The notes beneath the pieces were generated by a model, which was not told the DNA's origin, did not search any database, and was given only the letters and a program-made list of their open reading frames with translations. A stretch of DNA of 64,000 bases, from positions 6,250 to 70,249 of the forward strand of contig JAFCGM010000002.1 of the NCBI GenBank assembly GCA_017608025.1, in the 5' to 3' direction. This document shows positions 8,628 to 18,150 of this stretch, piece by piece. Numbering within the stretch: the first letter of the stretch is position 1; each line of letters begins with the position of its first letter. Made by a program: the position numbers and the translations under genes. The DNA comes from Candidatus Pacearchaeota archaeon (lineage in GTDB: Archaea; Nanobdellota; Nanobdellia; UBA10117; JABICX01).

Positions 8628-9571
8628 ATTAGCACTATTTTTGTTTTAATTGATAGCCCTCTCTTTGCTTTTAAGATTTCCTCTGAATTCATTTCTGCTT
8701 TTCCAACAACAAGAAGTTCATTGTCTTCAGACAGTACTGCTATATTTTCTCCTTTCTCAATTCTACTTTCCAAAGCAAGAATGCCGGGGGCAAAAACAGG
8801 TGAGCCGTTTTTAAGTCGAGATTTTATTGAAGAGTCTACCCAAATTTTCGGAAGGTGTGAAACAATTTTCTCTTTTTGTAAAATAATTTTTCTAAGTTCT
8901 GACTCTTTTTCTGTTTCAAGATATTTCTTGTAAATTGAAATTAATTTTTTGAATTTTATTGAATCCTTTAATTTAAAATTTGCAACCTGAATTCTATTTA
9001 AGGACTTCATGTGAGCTCCTGTTCCAAGCTTTTTTCCAATGTCGACGCAGAGTGTTCGGATGTATGTTCCTGCTTCACACCAAACACGGAAAATTGCATC
9101 TTTTTCCTTGAATTTCAGAAGATTTATTCCGTAAATTTCTCTTATTCTCCACTCTCTTTTTACTGCTGATTTTCTTGGAGGAAGTTGCTTTACTTTTCCT
9201 TCAAAAGATTTTAAAACATTAATTAGTTTTTTTCTTGAAACTTCTTTATGAATGTGCATTTCACAATCATAAACTTTGCCTGCTTTTGAAATGATTTCAG
9301 AAAGCTTTGTGGCTTTTACAAGAAGAATTGGAAGAACTCCAGAAACATTTGGATCAAGAGTTCCTGCATGACCAATGCGAGGAGTTTCAAGGGCATGAAC
9401 AAGCTTGTTGTCTATTTGCTTGCAGTAATATTTTTTGGGCTTGTCCAAATTAATCATCCCGCAATTGAAAAGTTCAGACAAAGAGTATTTTGGGAAATTT
9501 TTGCTAATTTTGAAATTGCTGTCTTTGTAAAGAACTTTACGATTTATTAATTCAAAAGGAAGGTTTTCCAT
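8624..9571 (-). CDS. cbf5: H/ACA RNP pseudouridine synthase Cbf5 (TruB family, PUA domain)
   Basis: GHAGTLDP catalytic motif with a C-terminal PUA-like region. Confidence 0.85.
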   Translation of the reverse strand: MENLPFELINRKVLYKDSNFKISKNFPKYSLSELFNCGMINLDKPKKYYCKQIDNKLVHALETPRIGHAGTLDPNVSGVLPILLVKATKLSEIISKAGKVYDCEMHIHKEVSRKKLINVLKSFEGKVKQLPPRKSAVKREWRIREIYGINLLKFKEKDAIFRVWCEAGTYIRTLCVDIGKKLGTGAHMKSLNRIQVANFKLKDSIKFKKLISIYKKYLETEKESELRKIILQKEKIVSHLPKIWVDSSIKSRLKNGSPVFAPGILALESRIEKGENIAVLSEDNELLVVGKAEMNSEEILKAKRGLSIKTKIVLI

Positions 9572-9603
9572 AATAAAAGATAAAAAAATAAGAATTAAAA
9601 AAA

Positions 9604-9948
9604 CTACTTTTTCTTCTTATCTTTCTTTTCCTTATTTTTTTCTAGACTTTGGTTTTTTCGCAGTTTTTTTGCTGAAGTTTTTGAAGTTTTCTTTTCCGCT
9701 GCCGCTTTTTTCAAAAGAGGCACTTTTATTCCTTCATTTTTCATTGCTTCTGCTACTTCTTCATGAGTTGCCTTGTTTTTTATTTTCAGAACTTTTGGCA
9801 AAAGCTGAAGGTGTTTTATGTTGCATTTTCTTCTCCTAGTGTTTCCATCAATTCTTACAAAATTATCATCAATTTTTTCAATAATAACGCACTCTCTTCC
9901 AGCATCTCTTCCTGCTATTTTAACGCATAGTCTTCCAATGTCTATCAT
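9604..9948 (-). CDS. rpl14e: Ribosomal protein L14e (eL14, KOW) with Lys-rich tail
   Basis: MIDIGRLCVKIAGRDAGRECVII KOW-type N-terminus. Confidence 0.7.
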   Translation of the reverse strand: MIDIGRLCVKIAGRDAGRECVIIEKIDDNFVRIDGNTRRRKCNIKHLQLLPKVLKIKNKATHEEVAEAMKNEGIKVPLLKKAAAEKKTSKTSAKKLRKNQSLEKNKEKKDKKKK

Positions 9949-10265
9949 ATTTTATCACTCTCCTTTTTTGCTGTCACATAATCTCTAAGTGACAAAGGGA
10001 CTTCTTCAGGGTGCAGAATTTTGAACTTGACTTTTGCCCTAAGAATCATAACTTTTCTAAAGCATTTTGTGCAAAGCTGGCCACCAAAAGGTCTTTCAGG
10101 CCGTCTCTGGCTTTTGCTTGCTCTTCTGATTTCTGAGTTTGTGCCTCTCTTCATTCCATGCAAAACTGCACCGCAAAGAGCGCATTTGTGTTTTGATGTT
10201 TTTTCTCTTCTCTTGTGTGTCGCCACACGTCTTCCAGGTGTTTTTCTTTTTATTTTTACTGCCAT
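9945..10265 (-). CDS. rpl34e: Ribosomal protein L34e (eL34)
   Basis: C4 zinc motif CALCG...CTKC with a basic N-terminus. Confidence 0.85.
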   Translation of the reverse strand: MAVKIKRKTPGRRVATHKRREKTSKHKCALCGAVLHGMKRGTNSEIRRASKSQRRPERPFGGQLCTKCFRKVMILRAKVKFKILHPEEVPLSLRDYVTAKKESDKI

Positions 10266-10360
10266 TTTATCCCTCCAAGAGCGGATAATTATAGCACAAA
10301 GAATTGATTTATAAAAGTATTGGTGGAAAATTTTAGATTATATTTTTAACAAACTGCTTT

Positions 10361-10729
10361 ATGCCATATGCAGTTGCTCATATTCTTTCAGCAGGAATTG
10401 CTGCTGACTTGATTCGGGAGTATATAATTAAGAAACATCACAAAAAATTCATAACACTTAGCACTATTCTTATTGCTGCTATTGCAAGCTTGGTTCCAGA
10501 CATTGATATTGTTGCAAAATCAATTTTAGGTTTTTTTGGTAAAAACTTTGCTTGGCTTTACCATGGAAGCATTACTCATACATTGTTTTTTGGTCTGCTT
10601 TCCATAAAATTTACCCAACTGTTCTTGCTTGAAAAAATGGGTTTATCTGCAGCTGCTTTTGACGCTGTTTTGCTTATTTCATGGCTTATCTATGAAATCA
10701 AAACAAGAAGATTAAGAGAATTTATTTAA
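10361..10729 (+). CDS. Hypothetical integral membrane protein
   Basis: Three to four predicted TM helices. No recognised motif. Confidence 0.35.
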   Translation: MPYAVAHILSAGIAADLIREYIIKKHHKKFITLSTILIAAIASLVPDIDIVAKSILGFFGKNFAWLYHGSITHTLFFGLLSIKFTQLFLLEKMGLSAAAFDAVLLISWLIYEIKTRRLREFI

Positions 10730-10808
10730 TTTGAAGTGAAAACCTTTTCAAAAGGACATTAATTTCTTTTGGCAACTTACCTTTTCTTTTCTAAAGAAAA
10801 GGCAGAGA

Positions 10809-11396
10809 TCATTTAAAATAAATTCGATTAATTACAATATCTTCAATCGGCCAGTCTAAATAATATCCCTTGCTTGTTGTAGTTGAATTCTCAATTTCAT
10901 CAACAACATCCATACCGTCAATTACTCTTCCAAAAACAGCGTAACCTGGATTTTCAGGAGATTGGTAATCTAAAAAAAGGTTGTCTGCAGTGTTTATGAA
11001 AAACTGGGATGTTGCAGAATTAGGATCATTTGTTCTTGCCATTGAAATTGTTCCTAGAACATTGCTTAAGCCATTGTTTGACTCAAGTTTAATTGGATCC
11101 TTTGTTTCTTTCTGTACTCCGTTTGGCGTAAAACCGCCCCCCTGAATCATAAATCCAGAAATGACTCTATGAAATATAAGTCCTTCATAAAACCCTGAAT
11201 TAACATACTCTTCAAAATTCTGCACAGTTATCGGCGCTTCTTTTGGATAAAGTTCAAGTTCAATATTGCCCTTTGTTGTTTCAATAACTGCAATCTTAGT
11301 GTCACTAGTCCTAAAAAGAATAACTAATGAAATAGCAAACAATAATACTAAAAACGCTACTGCAGAATAAGCTAAATATTTATCTATCTTTTTCAT
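10809..11396 (-). CDS. Cyclophilin-type peptidyl-prolyl cis-trans isomerase, membrane-anchored
   Basis: FHRVISGFMIQGGGF and SMARTNDPNSATSQFFI cyclophilin signatures. N-terminal TM helix. Confidence 0.85.
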   Translation of the reverse strand: MKKIDKYLAYSAVAFLVLLFAISLVILFRTSDTKIAVIETTKGNIELELYPKEAPITVQNFEEYVNSGFYEGLIFHRVISGFMIQGGGFTPNGVQKETKDPIKLESNNGLSNVLGTISMARTNDPNSATSQFFINTADNLFLDYQSPENPGYAVFGRVIDGMDVVDEIENSTTTSKGYYLDWPIEDIVINRIYFK

Positions 11397-12028
11397 TTTT
11401 TCTTATACAAGTAATATGAATAAAAGAACAAAAAGACAACTATGCAAATTATAGGAACAAGAACAATATATATTATCCATTGTGGAAAGAACAATCCACT
11501 AAGAAAAAGTCCTGCACAAATCTTAAAGAGAGTTGCTCCAAGTTCATGCGTCTTATTCCAAACAGTATCGCTTGATAAAGTCCATGGTGTTTTAATTCCA
11601 ATAAACCAATTTCTCTTTGCTTTTCCAAGAAGAACTCCAATAAACCAAAACAAGAAGGCCATTGCAGGAATCATAAGATATGACATATTCATCTCCAGTC
11701 CAAAATTTAACAAAATCGAAACCGCATGAATATATGCAAAGAAAACAATCAATACAATAATAAATGCATTATAGTAATTCATAAATTTCTTAACATTCCT
11801 TCGCAAAGGATCAATTTTTGGAAGTAAAATAAACAAACCGAGCATTACAGCAGAAATTATCGGCATCAAAAAAAGACCCCAAAACTTAGGCATATATCCA
11901 TTAACTTCTCCTTGAAAGTCCCAGTGACTTGCCATCTGTTCAGGCATATGCGGATAAAAATAAATTGAGAAAGCAATTGATACTAAAATAACTGCAAAAC
12001 ATACTCCTAATGTAACTTTTCGGTTCAT
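11393..12028 (-). CDS. Hypothetical polytopic membrane protein (SdpI/DUF1648-like)
   Basis: Multiple TM helices. Family assignment uncertain. Confidence 0.35.
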   Translation of the reverse strand: MNRKVTLGVCFAVILVSIAFSIYFYPHMPEQMASHWDFQGEVNGYMPKFWGLFLMPIISAVMLGLFILLPKIDPLRRNVKKFMNYYNAFIIVLIVFFAYIHAVSILLNFGLEMNMSYLMIPAMAFLFWFIGVLLGKAKRNWFIGIKTPWTLSSDTVWNKTHELGATLFKICAGLFLSGLFFPQWIIYIVLVPIICIVVFLFFYSYYLYKKK

Positions 12029-12029
12029 T

Positions 12030-12473
12030 CTAAACTACCTTCAAAAGTTTTCGAAGTACTGTTGAAAATACCAAAGAACTAATAATATATACACCAATCC
12101 AGCCCAATCCAGTTTCAAGGCTGCTTAAAGGAATATGAAATGAAAGCGGAATTACAACTGTTCCTTCAAATACAGTTCTAAGCCATGCAAAGATTGCGAA
12201 AAAAGGAATAATTGTTATGAGCATCGGCTTGAAAGACTCTTTCATGAGCTTCATATTCATGCTCATTGACTTTTTCTGAAGCTCTGCAGCTTTTTCTGGG
12301 TGAGCCTTCATCTGCTGCTGCATCTTCTTCATTTCAGATTTAAGCTCTTTCATTAAAGCTTGGTTTGTCAAAAATTTGTAGACCAAAGTTACTGCAAGAG
12401 AAAGAATTGCTGAGATTAACAAAATAGAAACCACGGGATTTTGCTGCAATATCAAAGCTAATGAATCGAACAT
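12030..12473 (-). CDS. DUF106-family membrane protein (archaeal YidC/Oxa1-like), directly downstream of secY
   Basis: Three TM helices with a coiled-coil loop. Conserved genomic position after secY in archaea. Confidence 0.55.
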   Translation of the reverse strand: MFDSLALILQQNPVVSILLISAILSLAVTLVYKFLTNQALMKELKSEMKKMQQQMKAHPEKAAELQKKSMSMNMKLMKESFKPMLITIIPFFAIFAWLRTVFEGTVVIPLSFHIPLSSLETGLGWIGVYIISSLVFSTVLRKLLKVV

Positions 12474-12514
12474 GTTCTATTTACTGACTTTTTTATATAT
12501 AATCTTTACCATTT

Positions 12515-12690
12515 TATCTTTTCAAAAAAGCTCCGCAAAATTCTCGCTTTGCTCGAAATTGAGAAAGATTAGTCTCGGTGCATGATTTTTTTGAGAGCAG
12601 TTTACTTGTCATGGAGCTTTTCAAAAAAGCTCCGCAAAATTCTCGCTTTGCTCGAAATTGAGAAAGATTAGTCTCGGTGCATGATTAAGC
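12515..12690. repeat. Two tandem ~97-bp units, each a family-B hairpin element plus a copy of the last 20-31 bp of secY
   Basis: ...gagcttttcaaaaaagctccgcaaaattctcgctttgctcgaaattgagaaag + attagtctcggtgcatgatttttttgagagcag. The genuine secY 3' end is at 12780-12812. Confidence 0.8.
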
Positions 12691-12779
12691 TTTTTTTAGA
12701 AAAAAGCTTGCAAAAAACAAAAAAATAGTTTTTCTTTGGGAAACTTACACTTTCTTTTTTCTAAAAAGAAAGGGGAGAG

Positions 12780-14171
12780 TTAGTCTCGGTGCATGATTTT
12801 TTTGAGAGCAGGATACATGTCAAATGCATGGTATTTTGCAATTTCCTCATAAAGCTTGTAAATAATCATAACTGTAAGTAAAATTCCTGTTCCACGACTC
12901 AATGCTCCGGAAATGTCTGCTAATGCTGCAAGGAAACCGACAAGCGCTCCACCCATTACAGTTAAAGCAGGAATGTATCTGTTGAGAATTGATTCAAGAA
13001 CGCGAGGGTCTCTCCTAAATCCTGGGATTTGCAATCCAGATGATAGAATTTGCTTTGCCTGAGCATCTGCGCCCATATTGGATGTCTTTACCCAAAGTAT
13101 TGAGAAGATAATTGCGCCAACAACCATAATTGAAATGTAAACCACTGTTTGCAGAATTATTTCTCCTGTTGCTGTGCCTGAAACAATTGAACGAATTATA
13201 TCTGGAGAATGAACCCATTTTACAATTCCAGAAGTTGGTGTTGAACCTTCAAAAGTTCCAAAAATCGGCATTCCTAAATTTTGGAAAAGTCTAGCAAGTA
13301 GCTGTATGTTTGCCAGCAAAGCAGCAATAAGAATAACGGGAATATTAGAACTGTAAATAAATCTTAATGGCCAGCGCATTCCATATCCGCGCACTCGGCC
13401 AAAAGAAAGTGGTATTTCAACTTTCATTGCCTGACCATAAACTGCAATTAAAAACACAACAATTGTCGCTACAATTGCTATTAAAGCAATTAATGCACCA
13501 AGAGAATCTCCCATTCCAAGGGCTTTGAAAATGTAAGGGATTTTTCCTGCAGGAATGTTTGGATTTGTTGGTGATGGCAAAGGATTAAATGCTGCAATGA
13601 AAATCTGTCGAGCAACTCCTCCTGCAATAAACAAGCTTACTCCTGATCCGAAACCCCATTTTTGAACAACCTCATCTAACAAAACTAAAAGGTAACCTCC
13701 AATAATTAGCTGTCCTACTAATCCGAGCTGAAGCCAAAGATACTGACTTGTTCCTGCAAGCTCTGCAGCAGGGGCGAGTCCACCCATAAAAACATAAATA
13801 ACAGCTTCTAAAATTATAAAGCCGATTGTGAAAACTTTTTGCATAGCCTGGAATTTCTTCTTTCCTTCCATAGTTGTAAGGTCTATATTTATTAATCCAG
13901 AACCAGCAAGAAGCTGAAGAATAATAGATGCTGTTACAATAGGACCAATACCTAAAGAAACTATTGAACCAAAACTTGCTCCAAGAATAATTGAAAGAGA
14001 TTCAAATTGAGAAAGAGCGTTTTGTCCAAGGCCTTGAAGAGGGATGTGAAGCAAAACAAAATAGAGTACTAAAACCCCTGCAGTCCATTTAAGCTTTGTT
14101 TTAAAACCAAGCTTTTTTGTCTTTGGGGAAACTATTTCAGGCAAAAATGAGTTTATTAGCTTCCAATTCAT
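12780..14171 (-). CDS. secY: Preprotein translocase subunit SecY
   Basis: 10-TM SecY/Sec61-alpha sequence. Last gene of the spc-like operon. Confidence 0.95.
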   Translation of the reverse strand: MNWKLINSFLPEIVSPKTKKLGFKTKLKWTAGVLVLYFVLLHIPLQGLGQNALSQFESLSIILGASFGSIVSLGIGPIVTASIILQLLAGSGLINIDLTTMEGKKKFQAMQKVFTIGFIILEAVIYVFMGGLAPAAELAGTSQYLWLQLGLVGQLIIGGYLLVLLDEVVQKWGFGSGVSLFIAGGVARQIFIAAFNPLPSPTNPNIPAGKIPYIFKALGMGDSLGALIALIAIVATIVVFLIAVYGQAMKVEIPLSFGRVRGYGMRWPLRFIYSSNIPVILIAALLANIQLLARLFQNLGMPIFGTFEGSTPTSGIVKWVHSPDIIRSIVSGTATGEIILQTVVYISIMVVGAIIFSILWVKTSNMGADAQAKQILSSGLQIPGFRRDPRVLESILNRYIPALTVMGGALVGFLAALADISGALSRGTGILLTVMIIYKLYEEIAKYHAFDMYPALKKIMHRD

Positions 14172-14617
14172 TGAGCATCCTCTTGATTAGTGTTTAATTT
14201 TCCTTTAAAGGATTCTATTTTTTTCCTAGCTTTTTCAGTAGCTCTGGAAACAGTAACTTCAACTTTTTCCTTGAAAAGCCCTGTTCCAAGCAACTTGTCA
14301 TAGCCAAGTTCTGTTAAATTAATTATAAATAAGTCCTTGTTCTTTTTTATTTTTTTGGCTGAAAGCCATTTTTCCAGATTTACAGCTAACTGCTCAAGAG
14401 TAATTGTTCTGATTTTTTTCTTTATGTGCGGATGCTTTTTTCTTTTTCGAAGAGTCTGTATTCCTTTAGCATGATAAGAAGTTAATTTCTGTTGTCCTCT
14501 TTTTCCTCTTCCAGCACGTCCTCTTCCACCTCTATTTCCTGCGCCTCGGTGTTTCTTTCCAGCGCCGTAGCCATGTGTTCTGCTTCCTCTTTTTTTAGCG
14601 GATTTCTTTTGCGCCAT
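14168..14617 (-). CDS. rpl15: Ribosomal protein L15 (uL15)
   Basis: GSRTHGYGAGKKHRGAGNRGGRG motif. Confidence 0.9.
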   Translation of the reverse strand: MAQKKSAKKRGSRTHGYGAGKKHRGAGNRGGRGRAGRGKRGQQKLTSYHAKGIQTLRKRKKHPHIKKKIRTITLEQLAVNLEKWLSAKKIKKNKDLFIINLTELGYDKLLGTGLFKEKVEVTVSRATEKARKKIESFKGKLNTNQEDAQ

Positions 14618-14618
14618 T

Positions 14619-15122
14619 TTATATCATTTTCCTCAGCAATTTGTTAATTTCAGAGCCTCGATATCCAAGTGCACCTCCAATTGAAAACGGCTTTTTTATT
14701 CCTGCTCTTTCAAATCCACCAATTGGTGGATGAAGTTTGAAAAAAGGTTTTATTATTTCAAAATCGCTTAGTTTTTTGTTAAGAGAAAATAAAGAGTCTG
14801 AAAGTTCCTTGAAAGAAAGCTTGTAATGGGTTTTCAAAATTTCAGAAGTTAAGGGTTTTCCACCTCTTATTTTTCCGCGCTTTTCAATAAGCAGCTGAAG
14901 TGTTTCATTGTCAATCTCTCCAAATGTGCAAAAATCCTGAATTTTCTTTATCATTCCCATGTTTGATTTAGTTGAATGAATTAAAGAGCAGCGGTTTTTC
15001 TTGTTAAGACGAAGCATTACCATAGTTTTTTCAATATTCTGATTAACATTAACATTTCCCCGCAATCTTATAACTGCGAAAAGTTTCTTTTCATGCTGTT
15101 TTTTTTGCTTTTTTTCTGCCAT
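14619..15122 (-). CDS. rpl30: Ribosomal protein L30 (uL30)
   Basis: FAVIRLRGNVNVN motif. Confidence 0.9.
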   Translation of the reverse strand: MAEKKQKKQHEKKLFAVIRLRGNVNVNQNIEKTMVMLRLNKKNRCSLIHSTKSNMGMIKKIQDFCTFGEIDNETLQLLIEKRGKIRGGKPLTSEILKTHYKLSFKELSDSLFSLNKKLSDFEIIKPFFKLHPPIGGFERAGIKKPFSIGGALGYRGSEINKLLRKMI

Positions 15123-15871
15123 TAGTTTGCTCCGAATTTAACTTTTGACTTGTTTTGAATGTGAATTTTTGTTCCGCTTTTGAAAGCTTTTGCTAAAGCA
15201 GAAATAAAGTTTATTTTCTGCCTTGTTTGGCCACTTGATTTTGACCATATGTCTTTTATTCCTGCAAGCTCAAGAACTTTCTTAATTTCCTTGTCTACAA
15301 CAAGGCCTGTTCCTTTTGGAGCTGGCTTTAGAGTTATACTTACACTTGATTCTTTTCCAGATATTTTGAAAGGAATTGAATGCGGCTCTCCGCAAGTGCA
15401 CCGCCATGAACCGCATCCCCTTAAAATCTGAATCATATTAAGCTTTGCTTTTCGAATTGCTTTTTCCTTAGCTGGAAGAGTTTCCTTTGCTTTGCCAATG
15501 CCAATACCTATATAGCCGTTTCGATTTCCAACAATAGCCATTACAGAAAAAATAGGTTTGTTTCCTTCACGTGTTTTCTTTTGGGTTTGCCGGAAAATTC
15601 TTCTTTTTCCGCCCCCAAATTTTCCTTTTGCCTGACCAATTAATATAAAATCAACTTCAAGATTTGGAATTAAAAAATCAACAATTTCTGGCTCCATTAC
15701 TTTTTTTCCAGAATTCAGAATTTGGGAAAAATCAGTAATCTTTTTTTCCTTTACTTGTCTTCCTAATTCTGTTTTAGGATTCCATGCTTCAAGCTCTGAA
15801 AATGTGTCTTCTCGTTCTTCTTTGAAGGTTTTTTTCCTTCTTTGATTGTCTTGATTTTTTTTGTATGCCAT
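15122..15871 (-). CDS. rps5: Ribosomal protein S5 (uS5)
   Basis: S5 dsRBD and C-terminal domain sequence. Confidence 0.9.
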   Translation of the reverse strand: MAYKKNQDNQRRKKTFKEEREDTFSELEAWNPKTELGRQVKEKKITDFSQILNSGKKVMEPEIVDFLIPNLEVDFILIGQAKGKFGGGKRRIFRQTQKKTREGNKPIFSVMAIVGNRNGYIGIGIGKAKETLPAKEKAIRKAKLNMIQILRGCGSWRCTCGEPHSIPFKISGKESSVSITLKPAPKGTGLVVDKEIKKVLELAGIKDIWSKSSGQTRQKINFISALAKAFKSGTKIHIQNKSKVKFGAN

Positions 15872-16380
15872 TATTTTACTTTCTCTGAATTTATTTTATT
15901 CTTAACAGAATCTATATCCTTTGATAAGTCTTTTCCTGAAACTTTTGACAAAAGCTCGTCTGAAGGAAAGATTTTTTGATCATAATTAAGGGTTAAGCTT
16001 CCAAAATCTGAAACTCCTTTTATGAAAGCAAAAAGCTTGTTTCCCTTAGTTAGTGTGTAAAGTCCAAAATCAATGACTGCTTCGTTTATTTTGTTTTTCT
16101 GAGCTTTTTTTGCCAAAAGATAACCTGTTAAGTATGCTGCAGGTCTGTTTTTTATATTATGCTTCCAGCCATATTTTATTAGTTCTGAAGATGTGCAATT
16201 CACTTTTGTTACATCTCCATTCCTGCTATAATTGATTATTTGAGCAATAAATCTCTGGTTTGTTTTCCGGACAACTAATCTTGGCTTGCCTGATTTAAGG
16301 ATATTGAACCTCTTTGCATAGTTTGTTTTATTTTGCCTTCTTCTCCTGAATTTAACTGAATATCTTGGTCCGTTTGCCAT
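15871..16380 (-). CDS. rpl18: Ribosomal protein L18 (uL18)
   Basis: Conserved uL18 N-terminus. Confidence 0.9.
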   Translation of the reverse strand: MANGPRYSVKFRRRRQNKTNYAKRFNILKSGKPRLVVRKTNQRFIAQIINYSRNGDVTKVNCTSSELIKYGWKHNIKNRPAAYLTGYLLAKKAQKNKINEAVIDFGLYTLTKGNKLFAFIKGVSDFGSLTLNYDQKIFPSDELLSKVSGKDLSKDIDSVKNKINSEKVK

Positions 16381-16381
16381 A

Positions 16382-16840
16382 TTACTTGTCTTGCTTTTTC
16401 AAAAGATTGTGCTGCCTTATATAAAGATTAAGGTGCTTCTTGCTTCTGAAAAATCCTCCTTTTATTTTCAAATAAAGTTCTCTGTAAGTATCTTTCTCAA
16501 GCTGGTCTTTATTTTTCAGGTTTTTTAAAACTTTTCTTTGACTTCTAACTTTGTTTATCCATTTTTCTTTTGGCGGGGTTCTTGCGCCTCTTTTCCCTTT
16601 CTTGCTTGCAATTCCTCTTTGCCTTCCTTTCTTTTTAGCAAGTGCTGTTGCTCTTGCCCTGTGCCTTGATGTCCCTTTTTTAGGAACTACTGTAATAATC
16701 TGTTCTTTTATTAAAGAGATTATATCACTTTTTGTTATTGCCTGCTTTACTTGCTCTCTTCCTTCTGGAGAAATCTTTACTCGGTTTTTACTTGTGTTTG
16801 CAACTTGAGAAGCAAGTTTCTTTTGGAGTTTTAGTTTCAT
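16382..16840 (-). CDS. rpl19e: Ribosomal protein L19e (eL19)
   Basis: MKLKLQKKLAS...TSRHRAR signature. Confidence 0.9.
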   Translation of the reverse strand: MKLKLQKKLASQVANTSKNRVKISPEGREQVKQAITKSDIISLIKEQIITVVPKKGTSRHRARATALAKKKGRQRGIASKKGKRGARTPPKEKWINKVRSQRKVLKNLKNKDQLEKDTYRELYLKIKGGFFRSKKHLNLYIRQHNLLKKQDK

Positions 16841-17619
16841 TTCTTATTATTCTCCTTTTTGCTATCTTGTGTTTTTGGTTTGTTTTTTGTTTCAGGCTTT
16901 TTTGATTCTGATTCTTTAGTTTGTTTGTTTTCTTTGTTAGGGGCGGTTTCTTTTGCTACAGTCCTTCTGCTGAAGGGACCCACAGCAGTGCTATCTTCGC
17001 CTGGCTCGATATCACTTTTATTTTCTTTGTTAGGGGCGGTTTCTTTTGCTGCTTTTTTTATTTTGGACAAAATCTCCTGCTTTTTCTTTTCATCAATTTT
17101 TTTCTTCTTTTTAATATCTGCAACTTCCTTGTCTTTTTTCTTCAGCTCTTCTTGTCTCTTTTTTTTCTTTTCTGCTTTTTCTTTTTTCTGCTTCTTTCTT
17201 TTTTCATAAGACTCTTTTATTTTCCTTATTTCAGAGTCAAGGTTTCTTATGTTTGAAAATGATATTTTTTTGCTTTTTGCTTTTTCGAGAATTTCAAGGC
17301 GTTTCTTGCTTCCTATTTTTGAAGACAAAATTGCGAAATTTTTCTCTGGATTGAAGTTTTTTAAATCATTGTGATTTTCAACTCTAAAAGGAGTTTTTCC
17401 TTCTTCATTTGCATGCCTTAGAATTGAAATTGTTTTGAATCCAATTGAAACCATCTTTGGTTTTCCTCGTCTTCTAAGCCTTAATTTTGACTGAACTCCG
17501 CGAGGCTTTCTCCACTTTGTTCCAAGCCGTTTTCTCCTGTGAGATTCCTGCCTTTTGAATTCTGGCATTTTCTTTTTTATTTTTTTCTTCTGCTTGGAAA
17601 GTTCTTTTAATGATTTCAT
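16837..17619 (-). CDS. rpl32e: Ribosomal protein L32e (eL32) with ~140-aa K/E-rich C-terminal tail carrying an in-frame repeat-element insertion
   Basis: eL32 core (RRKRLGTKWRKPRG...) followed by a low-complexity tail. Tail contains ...EDSTAVGPFSRRT... flanked by an exact 30-bp duplication. Confidence 0.85.
   Translation of the reverse strand: MKSLKELSKQKKKIKKKMPEFKRQESHRRKRLGTKWRKPRGVQSKLRLRRRGKPKMVSIGFKTISILRHANEEGKTPFRVENHNDLKNFNPEKNFAILSSKIGSKKRLEILEKAKSKKISFSNIRNLDSEIRKIKESYEKRKKQKKEKAEKKKKRQEELKKKDKEVADIKKKKKIDEKKKQEILSKIKKAAKETAPNKENKSDIEPGEDSTAVGPFSRRTVAKETAPNKENKQTKESESKKPETKNKPKTQDSKKENNKK
16958..17020 (-). repeat. Family-A short element (63 bp), in frame inside the eL32 tail
   Basis: gtccttCTGCTGaagggacccaCAGCAGtgctatcttcgcctggctcgatatcac, flanked by exact 30-bp direct repeats (16928-16957 / 17021-17050). 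Confidence 0.85.
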
Positions 17620-18149
17620 TGTATTTTCCTCTTATTCTTTTCAATCATATATATTCCATCCTGGAATATTCTTCTATCTTTTTTGCTCAGTCGAGTAAGA
17701 CTTTCAATTTTTGAAGCAAAATTTCCTGCTTTTTCAATTTCATGAGATTTAACTGTAATTATGTCTTTTTGGATTTCAATATTTATTCCTTGAGGAATAG
17801 TTATTTTTCTGATGTTTTTTGAGCCAATAAAATTTGAAACAGATAACTCATTTCCTTGAACTTTTACACTCATTGGAAAATGGCTTGAGCATACTTTAAG
17901 TTTGTATTCAAATTCCTCTTCAACACCCTTGAGCATGTTTTTTATATGTGAAGCAAATGTTCCAATAATTGCTTTGTTTTTTGCTGTTTTTTCAATAGGA
18001 AGTATTTTAATTTTGTTTTCCTGTTTTTTAATATGAATCCTTCGAATAGGATACGTCTTTTCAAGTGTTATTTTATCATTAGAAACAATTATTCTATTGC
18101 CTTCTATAGAAATGTTCTTGTCTTGCGGAATCTCTACTTCATCAATCAT
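17616..18149 (-). CDS. rpl6: Ribosomal protein L6 (uL6)
   Basis: Two-domain uL6 sequence. Confidence 0.9.
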   Translation of the reverse strand: MIDEVEIPQDKNISIEGNRIIVSNDKITLEKTYPIRRIHIKKQENKIKILPIEKTAKNKAIIGTFASHIKNMLKGVEEEFEYKLKVCSSHFPMSVKVQGNELSVSNFIGSKNIRKITIPQGINIEIQKDIITVKSHEIEKAGNFASKIESLTRLSKKDRRIFQDGIYMIEKNKRKIQ

Positions 18150-18150
18150 T

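Noticed and set aside
16859-17256. Long plus-strand ORFs opposite the r-protein genes, including 16859-17209, 16921-17256, 22212-22508, 7543-7944, 24553-24771 and 25707-26084.
   Set aside because: They are low-complexity (F/L/S- or K/Q-rich) antisense translations of AT-rich or lysine-codon-rich coding sequence on the other strand. They lack start context and conservation signals.
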